Below, in pieces: positions 1 through 13,174 of a stretch of DNA of 64,000 nt. This DNA comes from Balanoglossus misakiensis (taxonomy: Eukaryota; Animalia; Hemichordata). Both the position numbers and the translations under genes were made by a program. Where the stretch lies: positions 11,776,415 through 11,840,414 of the forward strand of contig CM082582.2 of NCBI GenBank assembly GCA_040954595.2, given 5' to 3'. Within the stretch, counting starts at the first letter, position 1. Every line of letters starts with the position of its first letter. Below the pieces are notes generated by a model that saw nothing but the letters and a program-made list of their open reading frames with translations, did not search any database and had not been told where the DNA came from.

Positions 1-1848
1 TTACAGATACTGGCGTGATTGAATTGTACGAATACTCATCCCCGGCAACGGAATATGAGAGATTTCTCAGATACGGTGCTGCGTGGGTTGTCATGCGAAA
101 AAAGTCTTAATCTTGTGAAATCGTCATAACAGAGAAACTTTGACCTCGTTTGAGCATGTTTTGCAAATAAAGTCTTCGAATTCCCCAAGTAAGCGCCTTT
201 CACTTATAAATTTAACATTTTAAAATTTATTGTATTATTATTCGCATTAAAAGTGCAGAGTTCTTTCCTTATATGCGGTGATCAAGAAAAATAGCGTGCG
301 GCTTTTGAATCGGACTGATATATCTGTTAATCAGCAGAATTGTTGACTCCGTAATTCCTAATATTTGGCTGATGAGAGCTCACACATCGATTAAGCGCCG
401 TTTTCACTCAGCCTAACACATTTGTCACTTGTAACACGTAACACAAATACAGAGAGATGGTATTCAACAAATGACAGGAAAACTATAAACCTATCAGGTA
501 CAGTGACAGAAAACAACACGAGGGTGTCCCTTAAGAGTCTTATCCATCTTTGTGTATCGCCTTCGTTGCGTGGGAATTAATGTTATGAATGGACGTTACC
601 GCTGAAGTCGCCATTGATCACGCTAATCGATCTTTATCAAACCCATCTATAGCCGTGTACATGTTACGTGTTTCGTGTCAAACGCTGGCCTACGACTGTG
701 AATATATTCCAAAGCCTTGAGTAAACTGACTTCTGTGTTACAGAGACCCTTAAATGTGGAGACTCTTTTTTCTCTCTCACACGAACTGCTAAAAGTGAAC
801 AAGCAAATAATGTTCAGATGGTGAAAGAGGGTATGGTCCTTGTGACGCAGCCCGTACGACCGCCAGATATCGCGAATGCACATGAACTGCGTGACTGCTG
901 TACTAACAACACTTTCCGTCTGACTCAAAAAGACTAAATAGAAACAGTGTATAGCAACAGTCTGTCGCTGCAGTCGACTATATCACCACTTAAGAATTAA
1001 TGAGCTATATCCACGTTCGATCAATTTTTCGATTTGCTTTTATTCTCGTCAAGTCCACAGGTTACGCCACTTATATTCATTCCTCTGCATTCGCGGAAAA
1101 TGGGCAGAGAGAGTGAGTGTCTGTATATTATGGATTCCGTTGACTACACTAGTGGCACGCCGCTGTCGACGTCGCATCTCGCGAGCACGTCTTCCTGAGC
1201 CGGCATTGCTAAAGCAAATCAAATTGGGCCTTTACTGCATCGCTTTAAATCGCTTGTTATGCGCTGTCACTGTAATGTCTAATAAACCATGTGGGTTTAT
1301 CTAAATGTAATTACTGCTGTCGCTCCCGTCATTTCCTGGAGATGGGAACACTTTGTGGCGGTAATTCGCAATCGCCACAGTCGATTGCATTCTGCCAGCC
1401 AGCAGTGTTGAGCGCCCGTTGTGCATTCTTGCCTTCTTGCCGGCGAGTTGTGCACACCCACACAATCAAATGTAATGATCTAGCAGGGAACGAACTTTCC
1501 CATGGCTGGTATCAAAAGCTAGAAATTGGTATCCCTTCGGCAAAAAATAACGACGTACCTAGGGAGTCGTCATTTTTATCCACTGAGGAGCCTCGCTTTG
1601 AGGCAAGTAGTCTCGGCGATCAAGTCAAATCTCGAGCTCTGACACTAGAGTTAGGACCACTTTGAGCGGCAAGTAAAATTTCGATTCAACTACTCGCCTA
1701 GAATTATAACGCCTCATTTTGATCGTCCTGTGACAGGTATACGGGACACCTACGCTGTTTAGAATACCCGAGCAGGAGGGCGGCCCTATGCAGCGAAAAG
1801 CGGGGAAGAATACACCAATAAGATCACTTGCATAAAAAAAAGGCGGAG

Positions 1849-4800
1849 ATGGATAAAATTCGTTACTATGGCTTCTACTTCAAGACGATGTTCTTCGGGT
1901 TCAACAACGGGTACAGTGAGTTCTGTGAAGGAACAACTAGAGACGACATCGAGCTGTGTCCGAAGGAAGCCAACGGATTTGTCAGCATGGACAACGGCAA
2001 CGGAGGCTTACCCTTAAAAAGCCATGGTAGCATACAGACAGATGGACAGATCGAGGAAAAACTCGATACAGAGAAAGGTAAAGGAATCCCTCTTATACTC
2101 GGATTGTGTTTTCATTTGAATAGTATTTCGCCAATAAAAGACCACATTTCAATATGATTATGGTATTGCGAATCATGTTGCGCCGAGACACGCACTCCGA
2201 CAGATGTTCAGTTCGCAACAGAAAATGGTGTTTTAATTCAGTGACTCCGGCTCACAATTAAAACTTCAGCTGCGTATGACAGAGAAGAGACATTAAATTT
2301 CTCTAAATTGAATTAATTATTCATCTAAGGCTTTAACAATTAATTTTGAATGTATTTCAATGAGCGGCACAAACCAAAGTACATGGAATCGCCTCTGGGA
2401 GTTCGGTTGTTTGCCCAACTATTAACCGGGGACAGTTAACGTGTCTCGCTCAGATATTTCATTTTCTATGCCGATTTCACTGGCCTCAATTCGCTAGTAG
2501 TCACTCGTTATCAATTAACGGGCAGAAAATCTATATCAGCTATGTTCTTATGTGGTAAAACATCGATCCCCTTTGAAAGTATTGTTCTCGTTTTTTGCCA
2601 GAAATAAAAAACGCGTAGAATGCCAGGATTGATCGTTTGTTTTATCGTGAATTTACCGGATGACTTTCAGTTGATTCTGTGTTTGCTTGTGTATTTTGTG
2701 ATCCCTTTCACTCATTCGATTTATTTTCTCGAGTATAGAAACAGAAACAATACTTGTACTTCATTGATGACTTTGAAAGTCGAACAGAAAACGAAGTGTA
2801 GACACCGCCATGTGTATATGCTCTGAGAATCCTATATTTTTTGTAGGCATGGCAATATTGGTTCGAAAGACTCTATTTTATCATCAATATTGAAAATTGG
2901 ACTACCTTTGCAAAAGGAAAGAAAAGTGTTTTTATTTTTAATCTATTTCTCAGCATATTATCGTGGTTAGCGCATAGGCAGTCTGTAACACTTTCGTGTG
3001 TGCACGTTGTAATACACAGTCCTTGCAGGAAAAAGAACGAACTAAGGTTCGAACACAAAAAGTGAATACATTCGCACCACAGAAGTTCATACGTTGTTCA
3101 CATGTAGCTGAAAAACACGAGAATTCAATTAAAGTCTTTTAAACTACTAAATTATCAGACTCGAAATTCTATAAAACGGTAGAAGCTGTATATTTTATTT
3201 TAAACCGTCTACGATATTGAATTTATCCCTCGAGACGTCACGTGACTACTGGTTATTCTCTGAGCCCATGTTTAGACACAAGCGCAGATTTTTCTTGTTT
3301 CGTTTCTAAGATCGTGACGTGGCTTTTACTTCGACTTCAGTAATCCGTATTTCAGAACTATTATACCACATGAAGGTTTACCGACATTCTGACGCTGTTG
3401 ACATGACAACTGATGTGACCAAATCGTAGGCACTGAGTAACTTTTTAAAATTTTATTTTCATCTTAAAGAAATCGTGCGATCATTGTAGACCCGAGTAAA
3501 ACTCATTTACACAATCTGGTTTCATACAAGACGAACGAAATGGACCGTGAACGGGCGAATCCCAACTCGTAATTGTTCATTTTGACTCGGTTTGACAGGA
3601 TATTTAGCTTTGCTCCACTGCTCGCTGCGAGACCGCAAATTTCCCGTCCTTCAGCGCGTGGACGTGTCAGACAGGGTAACACGAAGCCCGTTTTAAACAC
3701 GGCGCCCCGACACTGATGTCATTGCCGTTTCCACGGAGACGTCAGGCCTCTGCCAGCGTTACCACGACAACTGGGTCTAGTCTATGAAGCCAATCTTGTC
3801 GAACCATGTCAAACAATGTTAACCACGCCCATGCCACTGACGCATGATCTTACACCGTGTTTCCAAATAAAGTTACTTTGTTCAAATAACTTTTTTTGCA
3901 TATGCAAATCTGAAGCTATGCTTGCATAAATACAGATGGGACTGACTTGAGTGGTAAGGCGTCTGTAGGTCGATAAGCAACAGGTCCCGCCATTTTGTCA
4001 TTGACTTAGTATTATGAGACAACATTTCAAGGTGACGATAAGTGAACGCTCTATTCTTCTGTCTTTCATCAGTAGATGATTCACACAACAATAATGAGAT
4101 CAAATCGATTCCAAAACAAACAACAGTTTTTTTCTAATTTAATCTCCCATTGTGCGTTTTTTTTTATCTCAACACATATCCCGGGGCTAGGGTACTTAAT
4201 GCGAACGTTTAATCGTGCATTTTGGGCCAAATTTCGAAGTTAGTCGATATGTGGTTAATTGATTTTTCTCAAGCAGTTGGTATAGCCACAAACGTCAACT
4301 GAGTGTGGAACTGTCAAACGAATTAGCTCACTCACTTCGCTTCGACTTCACGGTATTAAAACAAGACGCGATGAAGTATGCAGAGGTGTATAAACACCGC
4401 GTCTTATATCAGGTTGGTAAAACTCACCTCACGACACAAAGTGCCGCTAAATCAAATAAAGTGGTTTGATAATGAAAACATAATTACACTACAAATCGAT
4501 TCATCATCGCGATTTACGGATATGAGCTTTACCTCAAACATCATATGTTACGTACGTTCATCTTCTCTTAATCTTGACTAGAAAACGTTGGTTATAAGAC
4601 TCAACATGAAAAAGATGACAAACGATTTTTCACCACACATGCTAGTGACAACCAACAGAATCCGTGAGGTGTGTTTTGTAATAAAACGGCATGAAAATTT
4701 GAACAATTATTTAGATATAAAATAAATGATGCATGCGGCTGAGAATTTATGAGTAGAGTATAAATATAAGATAATCTTTTATGAATTTCCGGCTAAGGTG

Positions 4801-7800
4801 AAATAAATACATAAAATGATATGACAGTGTCGACCGACCTGCACATCTGTCAACAGCAACATGTGATTGGAGAGAATTTAAACTGCAGGCTACAAAACCC
4901 GCGTATTGAGCTTCTCGACAAAGGTACACGATAGCGAGTCCTGGTTTGCATGAAAGTTTATCTGCATGGGACTTCATCAAAATGGCGTATCGGCAAAGAT
5001 TATAAACATGCCTGTTTCAATAGTTCTGCAAGCCTAAATTATGTTGCTGTCTGTATCAGAAATCAAGCCATTATTGACATGAACGCATTCCACACAGCAT
5101 TTCCTGCGCCCTAAACCATCGGGTATTTCATGGACGCCATATTGGCATGGCCGCGAGTGATCACGTGATCGCGCTCATCGTAGAGGGCATATTGGAAGCC
5201 ACGTATTATTTTGTTTCCCAAGCAACAAACTAGCGTCCACCACAACAAAGGGATAAAACTGTAGCTTTATAAAATTTACAAAGTTTTCATTTCAAAACTA
5301 AGGATAGAAATGATATAATTTTAGTCATTTGATAGAATCTACGGATATGTACAGTGGGTTCTGGAGATAAAACTCCTGGTCAGGTACATTTCGAATTATT
5401 TATTCGACGACAGACTGTCGTTGTCGGCACATAGCAGATGCATGTTTTGATTTGCTGTAGTGAAGAATGACTAAGTGGGTGATATTGCCTTTACCCTGCG
5501 GTTATGTACTTTAATATAAGTGTTTAGACACAAAAGTGCTGCGTGCCTTCCATCAGGTTGGGAGCTCAGTTATGACTGATATCGGTCATTTGTAGATATT
5601 GTCTGTAGATAACATAATGGACACAATACAGCACTGCGTACATATTGCGCAGACAAAATGCTAACATGCTTTCGTTCTTGGCTGTTAAACTGTTGGATTG
5701 GTCACCCAGTAAAAAAGTGACACATCGAAGGAATTTCATTTAGTCGAATGCCTGTGTGATTTTTGGACCTGGCCATTCTGATTGGTACCACCCTAGTCTG
5801 TTTGTACACTACTAGAATTCCCGCCCATACTAACAGGTGATTTGAATTTCGACTTTCAGTGAAAAGGTAATATACATGTACCTATTACGCCCATAATGAG
5901 AGGTGAATGATTTTAAACGCTGTCTTTAACGACGCGTTGTCATGGAATTCGTAAGGTTTTAATTTCCGACTTTTACTCTTCCTTGTTCGAACGAATAAAA
6001 ACCGTGGACGTTTTTCCTGTGCGCGTGCTCAAAGGTATATATTTTGAGATAATAATTTGCTGAGTCTTATACTTCTCCCAAAACCAAACATTTATCATGG
6101 AAAATAGAATTTAGGCTAAACATTCGATTGATCAGTTTCGAAGTTTCAATTGACAAAATAATCGTGCATTAAAAGTATCGTGCTATCGCTATGCTTGTGA
6201 TTCAACCGGAACCCAGGGGCGGCCTTCTTGTTTGAAAAACGAGGGTTGCCTATCTCCCTCTAAATTATTGTAATTATTTGGGGGGTTTTCCAGACACACA
6301 GAAATAATAGGAGGATATGTGCAAGTCGCTGCGCATGAAGCTGCTTCCATTTAAATTGCCCACTCAATGAAACCAAGACATGGAATTGCAGTGTACCCTG
6401 CGGAATTCGACAAAATTACAAAAACCTTCGATGTAATGCAAATATTGGGATGGTAGTTTGGAGAGCGACAGTTAAAGTGATTTACAGCAAGGACGCGTCT
6501 CTTCAAAACATATTTCTCCTTGTAGATGCGGCGTAACAATTCATCGGACCCGTCTACACGTACACTTGAACAGTAAAACTGAAACAGGCAAGCCATGAAA
6601 TGGGGACTAGATTTATCTTGAACGCGTCTTGTTTTGTCATGTTGCCACTGGTGATATAAATCATCATTCTATAGTGCTGACAGGCGACAACCGTGCCATG
6701 TTAGGGCTCCTTTTCTCGAGTCATCGTGCATGTTTTAACCGTCAATGTAGCTTATGCGGACTCGGTTCCAATGACAAGACAGGACAATATACGGGGTTTT
6801 TACTCCGTGTGGAACTACCACCTGGACAACTTGACAGTAACCCTATTCATGAGATGACTGTGTTCAAAACCAAAGCGAGCAATCAACAAGCACGTGGCTA
6901 TACATATTCAAATCTTGGTTACTTTGCGTTTCATTGGTTGGTTGAAACGCTGCAAAGGTTTGAAGAATTTCAAACAGTCACCTGTAAGTAACTGATCAAA
7001 CACTGTGCGAAAATTGCACATGCGCAGACAATACAGTAAATTATTCGTTTGCCTGACAAACGCATCTCCCCCCCCCCCCCCGCCTCCTCTCTTACACCCT
7101 CCCTCTTTCATACACACATTTATATACAATTTAGTGAAATTTCTACCTTTTCCTCTGCTTGTGTCACAGTATCTTCCCAACCAGTGTGAGGCTATCCCTG
7201 TAGGCTATTCCATCTCTACGTGCCTCTTGTCTGTCGCTTCAAGTTGTCGATCTCATTCTCTGGCCATGTAGCTGTCTGTCTCCACCACTGTCAGCATCTG
7301 CAAAACGGAAATGAAAACAGTTCAATCAAAGGCTACCCGTTATTAGAACGCGGCGTTGCCTCAAACAGAGAGATAATAAAACGTCAAAGAAACCATTCCG
7401 AAAGGGTAGATAGGAATTCAAACAGTAATATTTCAGTAGCGGAGTTTGAGTTCTGCAATATACTACATCCAGAACGCAAACGCATTGTTGAACACTTTTA
7501 TGTATATTACGTCTTTCCTGCCCACTTCCGACTTTTCCACTCAGAATTTCCCCTGACCAGTTCTTGATGCATTAACTGAGATGTAAACTACAGTAGTGAC
7601 ATTGAGTACCTGTAAAAAACACTAAACGTGCCTGACGTTTTCCCAGTTACGTTCGCCCTATACGTAGTCTGCTCAATAGCAACATACAAAACTGTAACTT
7701 TCTGACATCTATTTTCATATTTTTGTAATTTATTACAATACAATTACTGCAGCGGAACAAATACGGCCGGTTTTTCGCCTTTTGAAACAATGTCATAAAA

Positions 7801-10650
7801 CCCCCATCAGGTGATCCATTTTTCGTTTAGTACAACTTTAATATTATGGTCCTAGAAAATGAACCAGTGAAACCGATTTTCTCATGTCAATGCTGTTTGC
7901 ATCTGCATGTGGGTGTCGTATTTCCTGGAATGAATATCAAAGAGTGGCTTCGGGAATCCATTTCATTTGCCTCAAGTGGTTCTACATCCTCTCGTCAGCC
8001 TCAATCGTCCGCCAAAGAGCGATACCAAACGACCACGACAATCTCCCTTTATTCTGTATGCAAAGGAATTACTTTCCCCAATATGTGTAATAAATCCACT
8101 CGCTTTAGATTAAAGCTTAGAGGGGTATTTTAATAGTTTATAATTCCAAACCCATTTTGCTATGAGACGTGCATTACGTGATGGCACGCGTGTCTGTCTG
8201 TCTGTCTGTCTGTCTGTCTTGAGTGCTGGGTTTGTTTTACTGACAGTTTTCTTTTTCTTCGCGACAGTTGGTACCTCGTCGGCGTGGCAAGCAGGATGGA
8301 ACGTCGGCAACTGCATGCAGGGCCTCGGCATCCTCAGCCTGCCGTACACCGTCAGACAGAGCGGCGTGGCGTCGCTGCTCACCATCGCCGCTGTCCTGAT
8401 ACTAGGAAACTACACCAGCAAGGTAGGTATAAACAGGGCGGCGTAAAACTCAATCAAAACTGGCGCTGACTGACTGCACGGGATATGGAACATGACAAGC
8501 CAAAATTGGATGCTGGGTTTCTTTTAAATTAAATCACTCAAATCCCGTGCCAGCCGAGCACACCGCTCTGAATAAAACATTCGCTTGTCATTCCATATTT
8601 GAGTTATTCCGTTTTATTACTATAAGAGAGTCTGCCGCTGATGTAGATAACCGGCCGCTCATCTCTGCTCGCTTCTTTTTACCGGTGGGTAAACTCAATT
8701 TAATGTTTAAGTGACGGGACAAAAAACCGTAAAAATCAACGCGCGACCTGTGCATGACCTCATCAGAATAGACTGACATTCATTTGTTGACTCAACTTTG
8801 GAGTTTTTCTTGATTCGCCGATAATTGTGTTTACTGTTGCCATTACTGAACTGAAATCTGCCAAGTGTCAGCTTGTTCTGCCCTTGAAATGTTTGCCTGC
8901 CCCATTCGCTATCCGAAACTTAAATAATCCATGATCGAAAATGAAACAAGGGGCCGTGTCGAATCGGGTTTATTGGCGTTCTGAAGTTGTCAGATCTGTT
9001 GAAATCTCGGAAAGGTAATCTCTTTTTGATTGACAGTTTTGTTCTTCATTACCTTCCTTGCACTGTGATGAGAGTTGGAAGGTTAAGGGTTTCTTAGTTT
9101 GTCAGACGGAGAGATTACGATGTTTAAGGGAGAGTCCTGTGATTAAGTCGGGAGGGTCTCCTACGTGTAAGCATGGAGATCGGAATATGCGGAAAACGCC
9201 CAATTCTAAACCTATAGCTGGTAAACGTGATAGCATGATCAAGTTTACATGTAGTCGCCTAAATCTAATTCGCACACTCATATATGGCTATGCATTCTTG
9301 TATTTTATAATGGCCCCCTCTAAATGTAATTTTGGTAGTAAATCCGTTAGCGGGCAATACTTCTGTAATTGTATTACTAATCGAGCTGACGTACAGTCTT
9401 TGTACGGATTCGGATCACCAATTTCAGGAATCGATTTTATTGAAATACTGTCACTGCAACATTTGAAAAGGATTCTATTCGGACTGGCCTTAGTTCATAA
9501 ATCAATCAGTGTTCAATCCGAGTCTTAAACAGCTCAGGGACAACGCCATTAATCCGTTTATCGTCTGCTTGATTTTCAGATCCTGATTGATTGCCTTTAC
9601 GAAGAACGAGAAGCCGGCGGACTTGGCGGGGAGAAGAGGAGGGTCCGAATCAGGAACTCTTACCCCGACATCGCCGTGGCGTGTTGGAACAGAACGGGCA
9701 ACTTTCTTCTGAATATAATTACAATCATAGACGTTACCGCGGTCGCGACGCTGTATTTGGAACTGTCAGGGTCACTGCTCGTCGACACGTTCCCGATGGC
9801 CGGCCTCTCGAAGCTGTCGTGGACCTGCCTGTCGGCACTCGCCGTTCTGCCCACCATCTTCTTCAAGAACCTGACCCGGATTTCCTACCTGAGCCTGCTG
9901 GCCGTCATGGCCATCGGCGCCATGCTCTTCAGCGTGGTGTGGTACAGCTTCGAGAAGAGTATCCGGTGGGACATCCACGCCGTGCCGCCGTTCGAAGTGG
10001 AAAAGTTCGCCATCAGCTTCTCTGTCATCCTCTTCAACTTCGGCACCCAGTTCGTCATGCCGGGCGTCGAGGAGAGCATGCGGGAGAGAAACAAATTCGG
10101 CCGCATGGTCAACTTGACATACGTCGCCGTGGCGCTCATCAACATTTTCTACGCGTTCTTCGCGTTTCTGACATTCAAAGAGGACACCCAAGAATTCATA
10201 ACATACAATCTACCGTTAGGTTTCATTCAGATAACTGTTAGTCTATTATTCGTTTTCAAATCTCTCCTGTCCTATCCTCTGATGTTTTTCCTCATAGTCA
10301 CGTCCCTTGAGAGCATGGAACTGAAATTTCTACCTCCGTGTTTTTCATCGTCAGAAGGAGAGAGATTACCGCTATGGGCGATCATTTTTCGTTTAACGCT
10401 TCTCATATTTACCCTTTTATTGGCTATAGTAATTCCACATTTTACTCTCCTCATGGGCATTACCGGTAGCCTCACGAGCCCCTGGTTGGATTTTATATTC
10501 CCTTGCATTTTTCACATGCAGTTGAAGCGGGGTTCACTGAGATATTATCATATTTTCGCAGACATATCCATAATTATTATAGGTTTAGTTGGTGGGGGTA
10601 TAGGTCTGGTGTACAGTATAAAAGTGCTGGTTGAAATTTATACGAAGTGA
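1849..10650 (+). CDS. Vesicular inhibitory amino acid transporter-like protein (SLC32, Aa_trans family), 3 coding exons
   Basis: Exons 1849-2077, 8268-8422, 9580-10650 join in frame via GT-AG introns (phase 1, then 0). SAWQAGWNVGNCMQGLGILSLPY, YTSKILIDCLYEE and RVRIRNSYPDIA match VIAAT motifs (AWEAGWNVTNAIQG, ILIACLYEE, VRVRDSYV). Multiple TM helices. Divergent enough to be a paralogue rather than a strict SLC32A1 orthologue; exon 1 is the least certain. Confidence 0.88.
8190..8218. repeat. (TGTC)n tetranucleotide microsatellite upstream of SLC32-like exon 2
   Basis: Visible tgtctgtctgtc run; similar (GACA)n runs occur at about 26273-26285 and 36222-36257. Confidence 0.85.
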
Positions 10651-13174
10651 AAAAAATAAGACCCCCACCACCACTAAAAAGGAAGTGAATGACAACCTGC
10701 ATGTCCGCCTATGTAGACTTCTCGGTAATTTGACCTTTGACTGCTGAGTTTTCGTCGAGATTGAAACCCGCAATGTCATACCGGACCTGATTGGTTGTCG
10801 TCATGGAATTATGCAACAAGCGCGTTAAATGGTCTACCTGACTAACTATTGGGAATAACATACGTCACAACCACGTGGAATGCACAGAATCTTACTCAGA
10901 AGCCTCGACCCGCAAAACCAGACAAAGTCGCGACTGACAAAGTCTACTTGGACGGAAACCGAACGGGATAACACTGCAGACTTGACCACAAAACTAATTA
11001 TGCTGATTATGACGTCAGCGTCCATATTTTCTGTATTCAGTGAAACATATCACAGTATGTGGAGTATACAAACGACAGAACGATATTTTTGATCTGTAGA
11101 AAATCATATCTATTTTCACTCTTCACAACCAATGCCCGGACAACGTTCACTGCCAGATTTGCACGTGCCGTGGCCCTTTACCCACCAGTTAGCACTGAGG
11201 GCACACTAGCTGCAACTTCATAAACAGCCAGGCAATTAATTATTATCTACCAATGGGTTTAGGTATAGAAATCGACCTTTTGGAATGCCCAGGGCAATCA
11301 TTATTGTTATATTATTGTAGCAAATTATTGTTAGCATGGTAAGGAGTTGCAGTTAATGTGCCCAATGTGGGAAATGCAACCTCCGTGTTTTACCATTTCG
11401 GATTCACAGACCCCAAACAGACTTTTCATAGAAATTTGTTTCTGTAACTATACAATGTGTACAGCGCACAATATGGCAGGGGAAAATGTATTCATTCAAA
11501 TAAAGTGAACGGAAAACTGAAGATCACAAGAGATTTCTCCAAAGCCTAGTCATGTAAATATGCATGGGTGTTTGTCGTTTGTTCACCTTCCAAAAGACTA
11601 GTCACGATCAACTTTGACAGTGTGGCCTTCGATTATTTTGCTCCCCTGGTTAGTTGCTTACATGTACACGGCTTTCTTGTTGATTAAGTCCAGGAAAATG
11701 CAGGGGGAAATTATGATGACATGCGTGTCAAACTTCTGAACCCACAGAGCGATCAGCAGTGACCAGTGTGTCTTTATCAGACTGCTGTTTATGGAGACTA
11801 ATTGCCATTGCATTTCACGCGATGAGAATCACCTTGTCAACACGGCTTACAGTACAGGAGTCCCAATTTTCATCGGATTCTCGATTATTAAGAATTAATA
11901 TGTCTGAATTACTCTGACCTGTAACTCGCTTGCTGACATACTTTCGGGCGCATAAAAGTTTTAACGCTTATCTGGCATGTAACACGCTTTATCTGGCCAA
12001 CTTGATTCAATTAATTAGATTGATCGGTTGGAACAGATTGTCCATTCCGCGATTAATTTACACATACATTGAAATATCTGGATTATTCGTTTGTGAGTCA
12101 TGATTACATCCGGGAGAAGTAGACATTACATTGACTCAGCTCAGAGTAATCAGTTTTATCGATTTACGTAACCTCGCCAATCAGAGTATTCCTCGGTTGG
12201 GTTCAGCCAATCAGATTCCACGTATGAACAGGTGCCGCTGCACACCTGGGTGAATAATTTGAATACGCCAATATTCTCGCTCGTTGTTGGTCATGTCGAC
12301 CATAAAACTGCACAACAATAGTAATTTTTTATCTCAACGCGACACACAATCACATAAAAATGTCATTATTGAAGGCATCCAAACAACAGATTCGACACAT
12401 TGACGCTTATACGAACTTTAAAATTACTAGACGCATAAAGAATAAAATTACATCACCTTCATTTCTGTACAGAAGCACACTGTGTAATATGTAATCATGG
12501 CCTTCTCCAGAAATCCGACGGGTATTCCACTGGCCGCAAATACCGTTTCTTTCAAGGCTCTTAGTGATTGTCCAAGTATGTATCCACAAGTTGTCTTTTT
12601 ACAGCGACTTCAATGCGGTTCACTCTGCCACAATGACTTGCCCATGGCACAAATTTGGAGCAGAATTTTCAAAGTCACAAGCCAGAATATGCGTGGCACA
12701 CTCAGATATTACCACGAGGGACCACGTGCAGAGTGAAAGGTCAACGAATGTTGGCACATTCCAAGTTTCGTTCAGAGGAGGGGTGGATATGAGGTGAAAC
12801 GGAATTAGTTGTGTTTAGTGTCCATTGCTTGCAACAAGGTAAAAAATATACAGAAATGTCTTCAAACCGTCACCCGTGTTATAGCACATAATACAAAACA
12901 AAAAATAACGTAAACGAGAACAAACTCGTAATTTGTTCAAAAAATTGATAAAATCCAAAACAAACTTAAATCAGAACAAAGAAGTCTATCTCTCGAAAAA
13001 AAAATAAAGGTATACAGACACTACTTAAAGGCTCCATTATACGTACAATATTAGAGCTATATTTTCATAATTTTGCAAGCACCGGCGCGTTCTTCCTTCA
13101 AGCTGCAAAGCACCATGGGACTATCATCTTAGCACTGGGCGTGTCCAGGCAAGCTTCATTGTGCGTACATTCCA

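Noticed and set aside
1582-1612. Hammerhead-ribozyme-like CTGAGGA-GCCTC-loop-GAGGC
   Set aside because: The stem is followed by AAGT rather than the required GAAA, and I could not build stems I and III.
9591-10241. 216-aa overlapping ORF and antisense ORFs within the SLC32-like exon
   Set aside because: Shadow frames caused by high GC3; they start at non-ATG codons and have no recognisable motifs.
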